Shown here one piece after another: positions 53,996-63,824 of a stretch of 64,000 bases of DNA (position 1 is the stretch's first letter; the number at the start of each line of letters is the position of its first letter). A model generated the notes under the pieces. That model worked only from the letters and a program-made list of their open reading frames with translations, had not been told where the DNA came from and made no database searches. Where the stretch lies: contig JBFRWN010000016.1 in the NCBI GenBank assembly GCA_051439605.1, positions 9,927 to 73,926 of the forward strand. The letters run 5' to 3'. Source of the DNA: Synechococcus sp. Lineage in GTDB: Bacteria > Cyanobacteriota > Cyanobacteriia > Thermostichales > PCC-7336. The position numbers were made by a program, and so were the translations under genes.

Positions 53996-54258
53996 GCAGC
54001 TAACGGGTAAAAGGATTCTGCGACGTAGGCTGCCGAAGAGACATTGCGATCCTCTGCATTACTGTGCTGCGAGCGTAAATATTTTCCCACTCTCGGCAGC
54101 ATGAAGGAGTTATCCAAACGTCGAAAGTTTAGAGCGTATAAAGATTGAGGCTCTAGCCAACTCATTTGGTGTTTGTCCTGACAACTTCGCAACTATGGGG
54201 TCTATAGCAACCGTTAAGTCGATGAGGACAATTAAGCTATCCAAATCCCTGAATGGAC

Positions 54259-54844
54259 GGTCGTGAATTAAAGAAGTGTGTGAAGCGTCATAGAAAGGGT
54301 TTATGTATCCCTGCGAAAATGGAATTCCCCTTCTGCGACCACCCCAAAACCCTCAAACACGGCCAGACGAGTAAAGTTAGTCAGCGCTTCCGCTGTGCTA
54401 ACTGTCAGCGGACCTTCAGCGATGCCTTCGATACGTTGTTTTACCGACGCCAAGTCACACCCGACCAAGAAGAGAGCATCCTGCAAGCCCATGCTGAAGG
54501 CAGCAGCTTGCATGGCATTAGCCGAATTGGCAGTTGTCTGCTGAGGCCATTCACATCATCGGACAGGAAAACACCCAACGATTGGAGCGAACAAACGGTA
54601 TCATTTGCCAACTAACTGCCCGATGGCAGAGCCTTCGGCAGGCTAACGCCAACGGCGACAGAACAAGTTTGGCAAGCCGTTGGAGCAAACCAATGGGACG
54701 TTGCGTCTGGTCGTTAGCAATTTCAATTGGTTTTGGAGACACAGTCAGAAGCAAGATACGGCGGCACAACGGGCTGGAATTGCCTCCCGGCAATGGTCTT
54801 GGCAAGATATGGCTACCTACTCCACACTTTTCTGAGGCACGAAC
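54259..54844 (+). mobile_element. Internally deleted IS1-family element with pseudogenised transposase
   Basis: Imperfect 22-bp terminal IRs (54259-54280 and 54823-54844). An InsA-like Zn finger (PFC..KHG..QRFRC..C.RTF) is joined out of frame to an InsB-like tail (TQRLERTNG..RW.RRQNKF...TAAQRAGI). Confidence 0.82.
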
Positions 54845-55221
54845 GGCTCAGTTAGAGTTTGCGTTCCATGGCAGGATTCCCCTGTTAAATATAGCGGTTT
54901 TCATTAGAGTGAAGTACAGCTCTACATCTACAACTTTTGTCTTGCCAGGGATCAGGTGTACTTCATGCATGCAGAAACCGCTATATGTCGGTTGCCATTA
55001 AAGTTGCGCTGGGGTCGTGGGCTGCGATTTTATTGTTTATTAGATATCGAGGACTCCTCTAGAGATAGATCCATAAAAAATATTATTCATAGTAACATTA
55101 TTTGCAGTAAGGAGAACCGATCTCTTGCTAGAATGTCGTTGTCTAAGTCTTCCTTTACTTGCAAATTAACTATGAAACTCATTTCTTTTTTCAGTAATAT
55201 TTCTAGTTTCGCCTCGATAGA

Positions 55222-56520
55222 TTAAGGGTCTATACAAACGCTAGGAAATAATATTGATAAAGCACGATTGACTGATTCACTTCCATTCGCGACAGTCAAC
55301 AAGCTCGGAATAAATTTGTCCATTGTTAAAACATTTGTGTAAGCAATATTTTTCACTAAAGCTGTATCTAGCCGACTTCCTTCAACATCAATACTGGTTC
55401 GAAAACGAATTTCCCCATCTTGGAAATCGAGTTCAAGATTACCAACCGTTAAATGATTATTGATTTTCATCATCAGTTCGCAGGCAGCAGAGCGATTATT
55501 GCTGGGAACTTTAACAGAGCTTGTGGAATAGAAAATAAACTGTTGCAAATCTTCTTTGGCTTCCGCAAAACAGAGCAATCGATCGTGCTGCCCTTGGTAT
55601 AGCATTCTCAGGATTGACTTACCTGGGATTTCTTCAAATTCCCAGTCGTCTTCTTTAAAAAAGGCAATCGCTTTTGCTAAGATTAATCTCTCAGATCCTG
55701 ATTGAGGTTGATCGGAGATTGCTTCAGTCAAGTCTAAGCTTTGCAGTAATTCGGAGAGATCCCGATTGCCGATCGTTGCTTGTCTGATGACCTCAGTGGC
55801 GTCATTAGGAATAAGCTCTCCCAATAACCCAAATGTCTCTGCAATCGGATCGAATACTCCTTCGTCTCCATTGTTATCATTAGGGCTATATTTCAGTAAA
55901 TTTTCAACCGTTCTATTCAGAGCTTTTGTAAGTTTTGCTTTGTTTGCTCCAGTCGGCAGATCGGAAACCAATCTAGCTGAGGCAGAATCTTGAAAGAATT
56001 TAACAACGGCATCGATGGCAAAATCATTATCTAGCTCGAAATTTTCAGAACTGATTTGTGAAATATCGAGATAGTCCCAAAAAGTACGAAAACCGATTGT
56101 CCTATTATGCTGTTTCTGTTTTACCGATAGTGCATACCAATTCTCTGCATCAAAAATCGTTCCGCTCGGCTGTGTTCGATACAACTCGAATAGATACTCA
56201 GCAACTGACACTGCTCTGGCTACACAAGCATCAAATATCGAGAAATAATCTGGACTTAGAGCAACAATGAGCTGAACTGGCAACTCCGGTCTAAATTTTC
56301 CTTTGGCTAGCCTACCTTTAAATTCTGGCTTCAATCCGAATAAGGCTTGGGAATCAATTTGGCAGTATGATAGCCAGTCAACGTGGAGATGAAGTCGACA
56401 ATCTCGAACACTTTCGGCTTGGATTTTGAGCTGTAGTTCAACAGCTCGCACATCAATCTGCGTTTCTGCAGGACAATGAAATGACAGTGGGTTATCGAGT
56501 TGGTAAGACTGTGCGTTCAT
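55222..56520 (-). CDS. Protein with C-terminal YbjN (type III secretion chaperone-like) domain
   Basis: The C-terminus FF..DDW.F...QFIFYS...E....IN..L.VGN.ELDF.DGEIRFRT is typical of YbjN. Confidence 0.8.
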   Translation of the reverse strand: MNAQSYQLDNPLSFHCPAETQIDVRAVELQLKIQAESVRDCRLHLHVDWLSYCQIDSQALFGLKPEFKGRLAKGKFRPELPVQLIVALSPDYFSIFDACVARAVSVAEYLFELYRTQPSGTIFDAENWYALSVKQKQHNRTIGFRTFWDYLDISQISSENFELDNDFAIDAVVKFFQDSASARLVSDLPTGANKAKLTKALNRTVENLLKYSPNDNNGDEGVFDPIAETFGLLGELIPNDATEVIRQATIGNRDLSELLQSLDLTEAISDQPQSGSERLILAKAIAFFKEDDWEFEEIPGKSILRMLYQGQHDRLLCFAEAKEDLQQFIFYSTSSVKVPSNNRSAACELMMKINNHLTVGNLELDFQDGEIRFRTSIDVEGSRLDTALVKNIAYTNVLTMDKFIPSLLTVANGSESVNRALSILFPSVCIDP

Positions 56521-56523
56521 AAC

Positions 56524-56982
56524 CTATTGAGGTTTATGGGTCCATTTTCTCATTTTCGGGATATAAAAACTTACAACAGTGACAGCTAAGCCAATCAAGC
56601 AAATATTCCAATTAATGGTTTGGTAGATGGCATCTCTTAGTTCTCCACCGTCAGCTTTAGCGATAACCATTGAAATAATGAGTGTGGCAACCAAAAATAA
56701 GGCTAATGCACCGACATAAGAAATACAACCGCGAACAAATGGGGTTATGACTTGCGAGACTGGTTCGGAGGGCTCTTCAATCGGCATCCTTAAGGAAATA
56801 AATACTTGAAACCCAATGCTAACAATTGGAATTATGACAGACATTGACTGAAAGGCAAAGCCAATATTTTTAGATAATGACGGTATATTGCTCTCCCCTC
56901 CAAAGAGTATGGTTAGCCAGCCAGCAACAAGGCCCGAAATCAGGCCAATACTCAGATAGGGATTAACAATACTGGTTTTCAT
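56524..56982 (-). CDS. Small four-TM membrane protein, candidate immunity protein
   Basis: A 152-aa protein with four hydrophobic helices, starting 8 bp after the effector stop. Confidence 0.65.
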   Translation of the reverse strand: MKTSIVNPYLSIGLISGLVAGWLTILFGGESNIPSLSKNIGFAFQSMSVIIPIVSIGFQVFISLRMPIEEPSEPVSQVITPFVRGCISYVGALALFLVATLIISMVIAKADGGELRDAIYQTINWNICLIGLAVTVVSFYIPKMRKWTHKPQ

Positions 56983-56990
56983 CAGTTTGC

Positions 56991-59900
56991 CTACTTTTTG
57001 ATATCATCGACCAATAGGTGTAGGACATCCTCTTCAACTGCATCTCTACGCTTCTTCACATCAGCAACTAATTCTTTTGCTTCGTTTTCTTGTGGTCTAA
57101 TTTCGACATCCTTTTCCACTACTTTATTCTCATCCTTGACTCGATCCCCATATTCATCTACAATCGCATCTTCGACTTTTTCTAGATTAATGGAAGAAAC
57201 TTGCTCTGACTTTTGATGTTGTTGGTCTATCTCGGTCTTAAGTTTTGTACTATCCTCTTCTGATTCCTTAGATATCTTCTGAAGTTTCTCTTTCAGCGGT
57301 GCGAGTTTTTTCTCCAAAGCTTTTTGATCGATCTTTTCTTTAACTTTAGCCCCACCAGGACTTACGGCAAGAACTCTGGTTTCTCGCTCTGCAGTAGCAA
57401 GTAAACCTTTTTCCACTGATTGTTTTGCTAGATCGAAATCAAACGCTGCCTCCATTCTCGATGCTGGATCGTTTGCGTAACCGGGCGCTAAACCTGCGAA
57501 GTATTGATATAGCCCAAAGGTTGCAAAAGCAATACCCCCCTGAACCACACCCAGGGCAGACACTTTTAAACTTTGCATCCTGTCTGGGCTTACTTCGCCC
57601 TCTGTAATCTTTTCGTAGGCTGCCTTTGCAGCATCAATAACTGTTTCAATTGCAGAGATGCTTCCATTGATTAGAGCTGCCCACATTGCCACACTCCCAG
57701 CAACAGCAGTAAACGCTAAGATTGGTTGTGCGCCGGGGATGAGGCCAATCAGTCCTGTTAATAGTGCCAGTGAGCCAGCTATCTTGCCCACTATTCCAAC
57801 AACCGTCTTTAGAGCTCGAACGACATCTCTAGCACTTTTATATGTCCACGCACTTTTAATGAGCTTCTTCACAGTAGAGAGATCTTTTCTGATTCCCTGA
57901 CCTTTTTTGAAAAGATCGTATGTCCAGTACTTAATCGGATCGACAAACATCTTCTTTAGAAGATTGCCAAAGAACAGAAGTACACGCCTGAATTTTCCGG
58001 GTTTCTTTTGTTCTTTTTCCTTCTTTGGCTGCATATTTTCATCTTTCTCTATTTTCCCTTGTTGGTACATCGTTTGTAAAACTTTTAAATGGCTGGGGTC
58101 TTCAAGAAGTTTGTCTACTGTCTTCTTAGCCCGAATTGAAAGTACAAACTGCTCCCAAATATTCTTGTTCTTCCATACAGAAGGCCGCTTGGGAATATTT
58201 TGTGTCTTGTCAATATTTCCATTTTTTTTGGCTTTCATTGCAACATGTAGGGACTCAGCAAATTTAGGATCTTTACTGAGCATCTCAGTATCAATTTTTG
58301 TCACAGGTTTTGGTTCTGCCGCTCTTTGTTCCGACACTTCTATACTCTGTGATGATTCTTCATTTTCTTCAGGCTCTTTTAGGAACGCTTCTTGCTTTTG
58401 AGCAGCCGTTAGTAGCTCATAAATACTAGCTACTTTGTGGGTCCCAATATATTCTTCCAGAACATTATCTATAGTCGATTCGCTAATACCATTCTCGGAT
58501 AATTTCTTTACTATTGCTTCTTCATCCAACCTTATTGCAGATTCGTCATAAATAATAGGTTTTGTGCCTAATAAATCCTCAGACACTATTCTAATTTCGC
58601 GAACCAGCTCTGATAGACCTCTTTCGGTTTTGGAATTATACAAAAATTCAAGTATCGTATGCGTTATTTCAGAAGGGATTTCTTCTTCATTTAACAACTC
58701 TTGAACTTCCTTCCGATCCAATGTCTGAGCATCTTCTTTTGCAGCATCAACCAAGTCATAAATAGAAATTTCCTTATCAGACTTGATATAGTAATTGACC
58801 AGCAGATTTGCCGTTGGCAGATCGACATTTTCATCAAGTAGTTCCTGTAGTGCCTCTTCTCGAGTTAATTCACCTCCCCCTTTCCTTGGTGATTTTAATA
58901 CGTCCATTATTTTTCTCTGCAACAGTCGATCGCCTTGTCGGTTCAGCGAGTTGCTGTTCTGTTGCATCACATGAGTTAACTCGTGGGCGAGCAAGGTCTG
59001 ACCGCTCTTAGTTCCGGGCTCGTATTCCCCTTTTCTAAAAAAGACATCCTGCCCTGTGGTAAATGCTTTGGCCTGCACTGCCCGATTTAATTGGTCAGAC
59101 GTACTGTCTGTATGGACTTTAACCCTGCTAAAATCAGCCCCCATCGCCCCTTCTATCTTCGACCGGAACTTTCTGTCTAAAAGTTGTCCGCCCTGCTTCG
59201 CTCTGTTTAACGTTGTCTCGAACTCAGGATTCAGCCTCTCACCCCCTACCCCCCCCTGGCCTCGAATGGTTTGACGCCAAACATGCTTGTGCGACTCGGC
59301 ATTCCGTTGCAGGGTTGCCAAATCTAACTTGGCAAGAATCGCTTCACTTCCGCAGTTGGCGCCCCTATGGGCTGGCACTGAACTGTCGTTTTTTCTCCAC
59401 AATGCAAACGGCAATGGAACAGTTTGTCGCTGCACTCGTTCGGACTGCTCGGCAATATCCTGTTGGGAGTTGTTTCCCGTAGTCTCAGGGTATTGCTGTA
59501 GGGGTGAGGTGGGGGCAGGTGCATGGATCGTTTTCACAACTTCCGCAGCTACGCGATCCGCTTCTTGCTCGTAGCGATCGCCCGGCTTGCCAAGGGTTAA
59601 CTTGGGGCTGATGCCAAGCGCTTGCATGTCGATCGGTCGATCGATCTCTATATGGGCAGACTCCGGCCCTGCTGCTGGCTCAAAAAATGCCTTAGAAGTT
59701 CCCCACTCCCCTAACGCCGAATGTTCCACATCATGCTCGGCAGCTACAGTCTCCGATCCAAGCTCTTGGTGAACGCGAGGTTTCGCCATGAAACCATCGC
59801 CCCGATCCGCCAAATCCGCCCGTTGAATCGGAGTCGACTCTATCTTCATCCTCAAGTCATCAGTGTTTGCCTTCAAATCTGCCCGCTGCACGGATGTCTC

Positions 59901-60266
59901 CATCGCAGTCGGTTTAGATACTGGGACATACAACCGACTCTCCCCCCGATCTGCAAGTCGGTCTGCTTCCAGCTTGTACCGAGCCCCAGGGTCGCCGATC
60001 CCCATTTTCATCTGAATGGATTGAGGGGGGATAGCGTCACCGGAGTCGATTGCCATCTTGGACAAGCTATACCCCGAGCGTCCTCCTCGCTCTATCTTTG
60101 CCAATTTCTCCTCTAGCGTTTGCTTCGGTTCGGCAATAGATTCAGGCTGGGACTGAGGGGCAAAGGGCCTCGATGCCAAGGAGGTTTGAGCCGAGATAGC
60201 CGCTGACTGTTTGGTGTCATTCGCCTGCAGATACTGTCGAGAAGACATGGCAAGTCTCCCAGCCAT
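56991..60266 (-). CDS. DUF4157 (eCIS core domain) protein, candidate CIS effector
   Basis: KLTLGKPGDRYEQEADRVA precedes DUF4157 (GADFSRVKVHTD...AKAFTTGQDVFFRKGEYEPG...LLAHELTHVMQQ...LQR). The C-terminus is variable and low-GC with a hydrophobic hairpin. The start may be 60248. Confidence 0.88.
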   Translation of the reverse strand: MAGRLAMSSRQYLQANDTKQSAAISAQTSLASRPFAPQSQPESIAEPKQTLEEKLAKIERGGRSGYSLSKMAIDSGDAIPPQSIQMKMGIGDPGARYKLEADRLADRGESRLYVPVSKPTAMETSVQRADLKANTDDLRMKIESTPIQRADLADRGDGFMAKPRVHQELGSETVAAEHDVEHSALGEWGTSKAFFEPAAGPESAHIEIDRPIDMQALGISPKLTLGKPGDRYEQEADRVAAEVVKTIHAPAPTSPLQQYPETTGNNSQQDIAEQSERVQRQTVPLPFALWRKNDSSVPAHRGANCGSEAILAKLDLATLQRNAESHKHVWRQTIRGQGGVGGERLNPEFETTLNRAKQGGQLLDRKFRSKIEGAMGADFSRVKVHTDSTSDQLNRAVQAKAFTTGQDVFFRKGEYEPGTKSGQTLLAHELTHVMQQNSNSLNRQGDRLLQRKIMDVLKSPRKGGGELTREEALQELLDENVDLPTANLLVNYYIKSDKEISIYDLVDAAKEDAQTLDRKEVQELLNEEEIPSEITHTILEFLYNSKTERGLSELVREIRIVSEDLLGTKPIIYDESAIRLDEEAIVKKLSENGISESTIDNVLEEYIGTHKVASIYELLTAAQKQEAFLKEPEENEESSQSIEVSEQRAAEPKPVTKIDTEMLSKDPKFAESLHVAMKAKKNGNIDKTQNIPKRPSVWKNKNIWEQFVLSIRAKKTVDKLLEDPSHLKVLQTMYQQGKIEKDENMQPKKEKEQKKPGKFRRVLLFFGNLLKKMFVDPIKYWTYDLFKKGQGIRKDLSTVKKLIKSAWTYKSARDVVRALKTVVGIVGKIAGSLALLTGLIGLIPGAQPILAFTAVAGSVAMWAALINGSISAIETVIDAAKAAYEKITEGEVSPDRMQSLKVSALGVVQGGIAFATFGLYQYFAGLAPGYANDPASRMEAAFDFDLAKQSVEKGLLATAERETRVLAVSPGGAKVKEKIDQKALEKKLAPLKEKLQKISKESEEDSTKLKTEIDQQHQKSEQVSSINLEKVEDAIVDEYGDRVKDENKVVEKDVEIRPQENEAKELVADVKKRRDAVEEDVLHLLVDDIKK

Positions 60267-60415
60267 AGCACGTTGGGTTATGAAATATCATCTCACTTCT
60301 AATGCTGAGCTGAAGCTATCCAAACGTCGAATCTTGACAAAATATAAATATCCTTATCCAGCAACTTTACGATCGCCCAAATGCCATTCACCCGCAACAT
60401 TGCAAAACGTATCTC

Positions 60416-62410
60416 CTAAACCCACCCCCGCACCTCAATATCTGTCAGCGATTGCTCTAACTTCACGTACTCGCTCTTTGCCGCCTGTAACAGATGCTTC
60501 ATCTGTACCGGTTCTCCATCATCCGCCGCAATAAAGGCCGCATTGAGTGCAATATTGCGAATATTGCCCCCCGCCACGTGCAACTTGGCTAATTTCTTGC
60601 AATCCAGCCCTTCCGTCGGAGTCCGAGGGGGAAACATCCGCTGCCAAATGGCCTCGCGCTGAGTCGCGTCCGGAAAGGGAAATTGCACCACGAAGCGAAT
60701 TCGTCGCAAGAATGCCCGATCGATCGCGCTTTTAATATTGGTCGTTAAAATTGCCAACCCGCGATAGGCTTCCATGCGCTGTAACAGGTAGCTGACCTCG
60801 ATATTGGCATGGCGATCGTGACTGTCCTTCACCTCCGTGCGCTTGCCAAATAGGGAGTCCGCTTCGTCAAATAACAGGATGACACCGCCCCCTTCTGCCG
60901 CATCGAACACCCGCCGCAGGTTTTTCTCCGTCTCGCCAATATACTTACTCACCACCGAACTCAAATCGATGCGATACACATCCAAATTGAGGTGATGACC
61001 CAACACCTCCGCTGCCAGCGTTTTCCCTGTACCGCTCCCCCCCGCAAATAAAGCAGAGATCCCCAATCCTCGCCCGCTCTTGCTACCGAACCCCCAGCGT
61101 TCGTACACCTGCGATCGCTGCCGCACGTGGGTAGCCATATCCCGCAACACCCCGCGCTCCTTTTCCGGCAGCACCAAATCCTTCCAATCCGCCGATGAGT
61201 CAATCCGTTGAGCCAATTCATCCAGTCGCGGTCGGGCCTGTTCCCGGCAAACCGTCCACAATCGCTGCGAAAACTGCGACACCGACAAATCAGTTTCTTC
61301 CAGTTTCGAATCCTCACCCTGCTGCCACCCACCCACTTTGAAATAGGCCGACTGAATCGACGATGCACTCAGGTTGAAATGGGAAACCAACGTCTCGATA
61401 TGGCCATTAAGGTTGACCGACAGTTCTCCCAAGGCCCCCTGCCACACCTGACGCTGCTCGCTAGTGGTCGGAGAGTTGACGTCAAAGGTCACGCTGGGGA
61501 GCAGTCGATGGGGGCGACGCACCTGACTGGTGGAGATGGATGGAGTAGAGATGGCCTCCAATAATTGAGCGATCGCCCGATTGCGATCGTCCTCCCGAAC
61601 CTCCACCCAATCGCAATCCAGCAGCAACACCCGCTTGCACAAATGCCATTCCCGCTCGCACAGGCAGCGAATCAGATGCAGCTGCGCGCTATCCGTCGGG
61701 AGAGATTCTGCCGAGATGGCATACAGGATTAATCCAAGATCTCGGCAAGCTGCAGCAGCAATCCCCCGCTTGCTCTCCACATCGCTACCGCAAAGCTGCA
61801 GTGCCGGTAACACGCGATCGCTTTTAGATGCCTGCAGCCACGTGTTGGCCATCTGCTCGGCTAGTTGCCGGTGGGATGGGACCAAGGTGTTTTCCTGCAA
61901 TAACGGTAAACCCAACTGCTGCAGGCGATCGTCCAACGGTTGCAACCCCAACAGCGCATTCAAGACCCGCTCGTCAATTCTCAATATGCTGCCAGCAAGA
62001 GAATTACCCGCCCCCACTTCAATCAATTTCCAGCGACGCAGCGGCGCAGTCGGCAGCAATGCCCCCCAATTTGCGCCCGGTAAAACCGCTAAGGCCAACT
62101 GAGCCGTAGGATATGTCCGCTGGGCATTCCCCTGAGCTGCCGCCAGCAGTTGCTCCCAATCTCCCTCAAACTCCATGCCGGCAGACAACAGCAGCACATC
62201 CCGTTCGAAGGGTGACAGGTTAAACGTTTGGCAAAGTTGCTCCAGCGCAGAGGACGGAGAGAGCTGCGATGGCTCTAGTGCTGGAAGTTCGAGGCGAACG
62301 GCCTCTTTCCCTTCCAACAGATCGATTTGATGGTTGAGAGCTTGGCGCACTCGGGAGATCGCCGCCGAGAGGTATTGCTGGTTAGCCGTCGGCCAATCGG
62401 AAGATGACAT
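60416..62410 (-). CDS. CIS AAA+ ATPase (Afp15/Pvc15-like)
   Basis: Walker A GGSGTGKT, DLS.VVSKYIGETEKNL, Walker B LLFDEADSLFGKR and SYLLQRME. The probable start is 62410 (the track start is 62482). Confidence 0.92.
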   Translation of the reverse strand: MSSSDWPTANQQYLSAAISRVRQALNHQIDLLEGKEAVRLELPALEPSQLSPSSALEQLCQTFNLSPFERDVLLLSAGMEFEGDWEQLLAAAQGNAQRTYPTAQLALAVLPGANWGALLPTAPLRRWKLIEVGAGNSLAGSILRIDERVLNALLGLQPLDDRLQQLGLPLLQENTLVPSHRQLAEQMANTWLQASKSDRVLPALQLCGSDVESKRGIAAAACRDLGLILYAISAESLPTDSAQLHLIRCLCEREWHLCKRVLLLDCDWVEVREDDRNRAIAQLLEAISTPSISTSQVRRPHRLLPSVTFDVNSPTTSEQRQVWQGALGELSVNLNGHIETLVSHFNLSASSIQSAYFKVGGWQQGEDSKLEETDLSVSQFSQRLWTVCREQARPRLDELAQRIDSSADWKDLVLPEKERGVLRDMATHVRQRSQVYERWGFGSKSGRGLGISALFAGGSGTGKTLAAEVLGHHLNLDVYRIDLSSVVSKYIGETEKNLRRVFDAAEGGGVILLFDEADSLFGKRTEVKDSHDRHANIEVSYLLQRMEAYRGLAILTTNIKSAIDRAFLRRIRFVVQFPFPDATQREAIWQRMFPPRTPTEGLDCKKLAKLHVAGGNIRNIALNAAFIAADDGEPVQMKHLLQAAKSEYVKLEQSLTDIEVRGWV

Positions 62411-62451
62411 GATGGGCACCATTACGAAAGCGATCGTTCTGAAATAGGTAG

Positions 62452-63735
62452 CTAGAGGGTGAATTTGGGAGCGATATACCACTGAAACGTCGGGCTGTCG
62501 CGATCGCTATCTACCCTGAGGGGGGAACTCGCCCCATCCACCTGCAGCCTCACTAAATAGGACCCAGCTTTAACATCCCGCAGGGTAAATTCCACCGTAC
62601 GGGTGGAGGTAGTGCGCGATTTAGCTTCGAATTGGTAAGCAACTGCGTGCTGGATCGACCATTCATTCAGGGCCAACACCACCGCCTGCTGGGGGTCGAG
62701 GGGCAGGTCGAGGTGCAGCGCGAGCTCCCCATCCCGCAGTCCATCCCCGCGATCCATGACGTTCTCTAGCTGCAGGTTGGTAATTTGCGGGCACAACACG
62801 AAGGGCATCACGTTTGATTCCACCAATCTCCCGCTCGCGCTCTCTCTGCCAGCACTATCCCCATGTTTTGCAGAGCGATGGATTACCCTCAAGTTTTGCA
62901 CGCCAGCACGTAGGCGATTGGGGTCCAGGTTAGCCAGCGAAATCGTCAACTGCCCAGGTTGTGTTGCAGTGGGATCGGTTTCCAACTCTCCGATGCGCAC
63001 GGCAGTCTGCGGCCCCTGCAATTTCTTGCCTACAACGGATAGGGTGCTGTTGGCCAGGATAGGAACAAATCGACCCGCCTGCGACACGACTTCATCCACC
63101 TCTGGCTGCCCTCGATAGGGCACTGCAGAAAATATCGGTAGCTCGCGCACCGGTAAAGCCCGTTTGGCCGTATCCTCTCCATCCACGATCGCCACCGAAG
63201 CCTTGTAGGCCACCGACAGTGCGTAGGGGGTTTGGAAAAACACCGACCAAACTTTGGACAAATCGTCCAGCGATAGGTCCAGCGGACTGATGGCAATTTC
63301 TTCCACCTGATGGGCCAGATCGGAGTCTGCCAAATAGGCAAAGGTGCTATCGGTAATCGCTTCCTGAATGGCTTCGCGGTCGAGGGTGGTTAGATCCGAA
63401 AGGGTGCGGATCGCACTGCCCAGTAACCGCTGCGGTTCGTGCTCCCCTTCGTTGCCGTAGAAGCTGAGCATGTAGTGCAAGTCGAGACCGGTGCGCGATT
63501 TTTTCGCCATTTTGCCCTTGCGCTGGCGACCGTGCAGCTCGGCGGTGGTGTGCCAGACATGATTGGGGACCACTTGGTAGAGATAGAGGTTAACCCCGAT
63601 CTCCAAGACACCGCTTTCCACCGAATTCGGGCGTGACGCCGTCACTCTGGCACCATCCACATCCCTCTGTACTGCAGCTTGTAGTTTCTTTTGTAAGACG
63701 GCTGTTACCGTGGCGATCGCGAGATGATTGCTCAT
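62452..63735 (-). CDS. DUF4255 / Pvc16-N domain protein (CIS cap/terminator-like)
   Basis: Motifs MSNHLAIATVT, NLYLYQV, LDLHYMLS, SK.W..F..PY.LSVAY and C-terminal Y..R..VDG..S. Confidence 0.88.
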   Translation of the reverse strand: MSNHLAIATVTAVLQKKLQAAVQRDVDGARVTASRPNSVESGVLEIGVNLYLYQVVPNHVWHTTAELHGRQRKGKMAKKSRTGLDLHYMLSFYGNEGEHEPQRLLGSAIRTLSDLTTLDREAIQEAITDSTFAYLADSDLAHQVEEIAISPLDLSLDDLSKVWSVFFQTPYALSVAYKASVAIVDGEDTAKRALPVRELPIFSAVPYRGQPEVDEVVSQAGRFVPILANSTLSVVGKKLQGPQTAVRIGELETDPTATQPGQLTISLANLDPNRLRAGVQNLRVIHRSAKHGDSAGRESASGRLVESNVMPFVLCPQITNLQLENVMDRGDGLRDGELALHLDLPLDPQQAVVLALNEWSIQHAVAYQFEAKSRTTSTRTVEFTLRDVKAGSYLVRLQVDGASSPLRVDSDRDSPTFQWYIAPKFTL

Positions 63736-63824
63736 GCTTTACCCCAATACCAACCTTAGTTTGAGACGTTTAAACCTTAGCTGCCTGCGGCCAATCGCTT
63801 TCCACCATCACTTAATGGGGGTGG

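Noticed and set aside
54202..54245. CTATAGCAACCG...AGGACA, resembling a cyanobacterial MITE/IS end
   Set aside because: No matching opposite end was found in the window, and it is too short to support as a feature.
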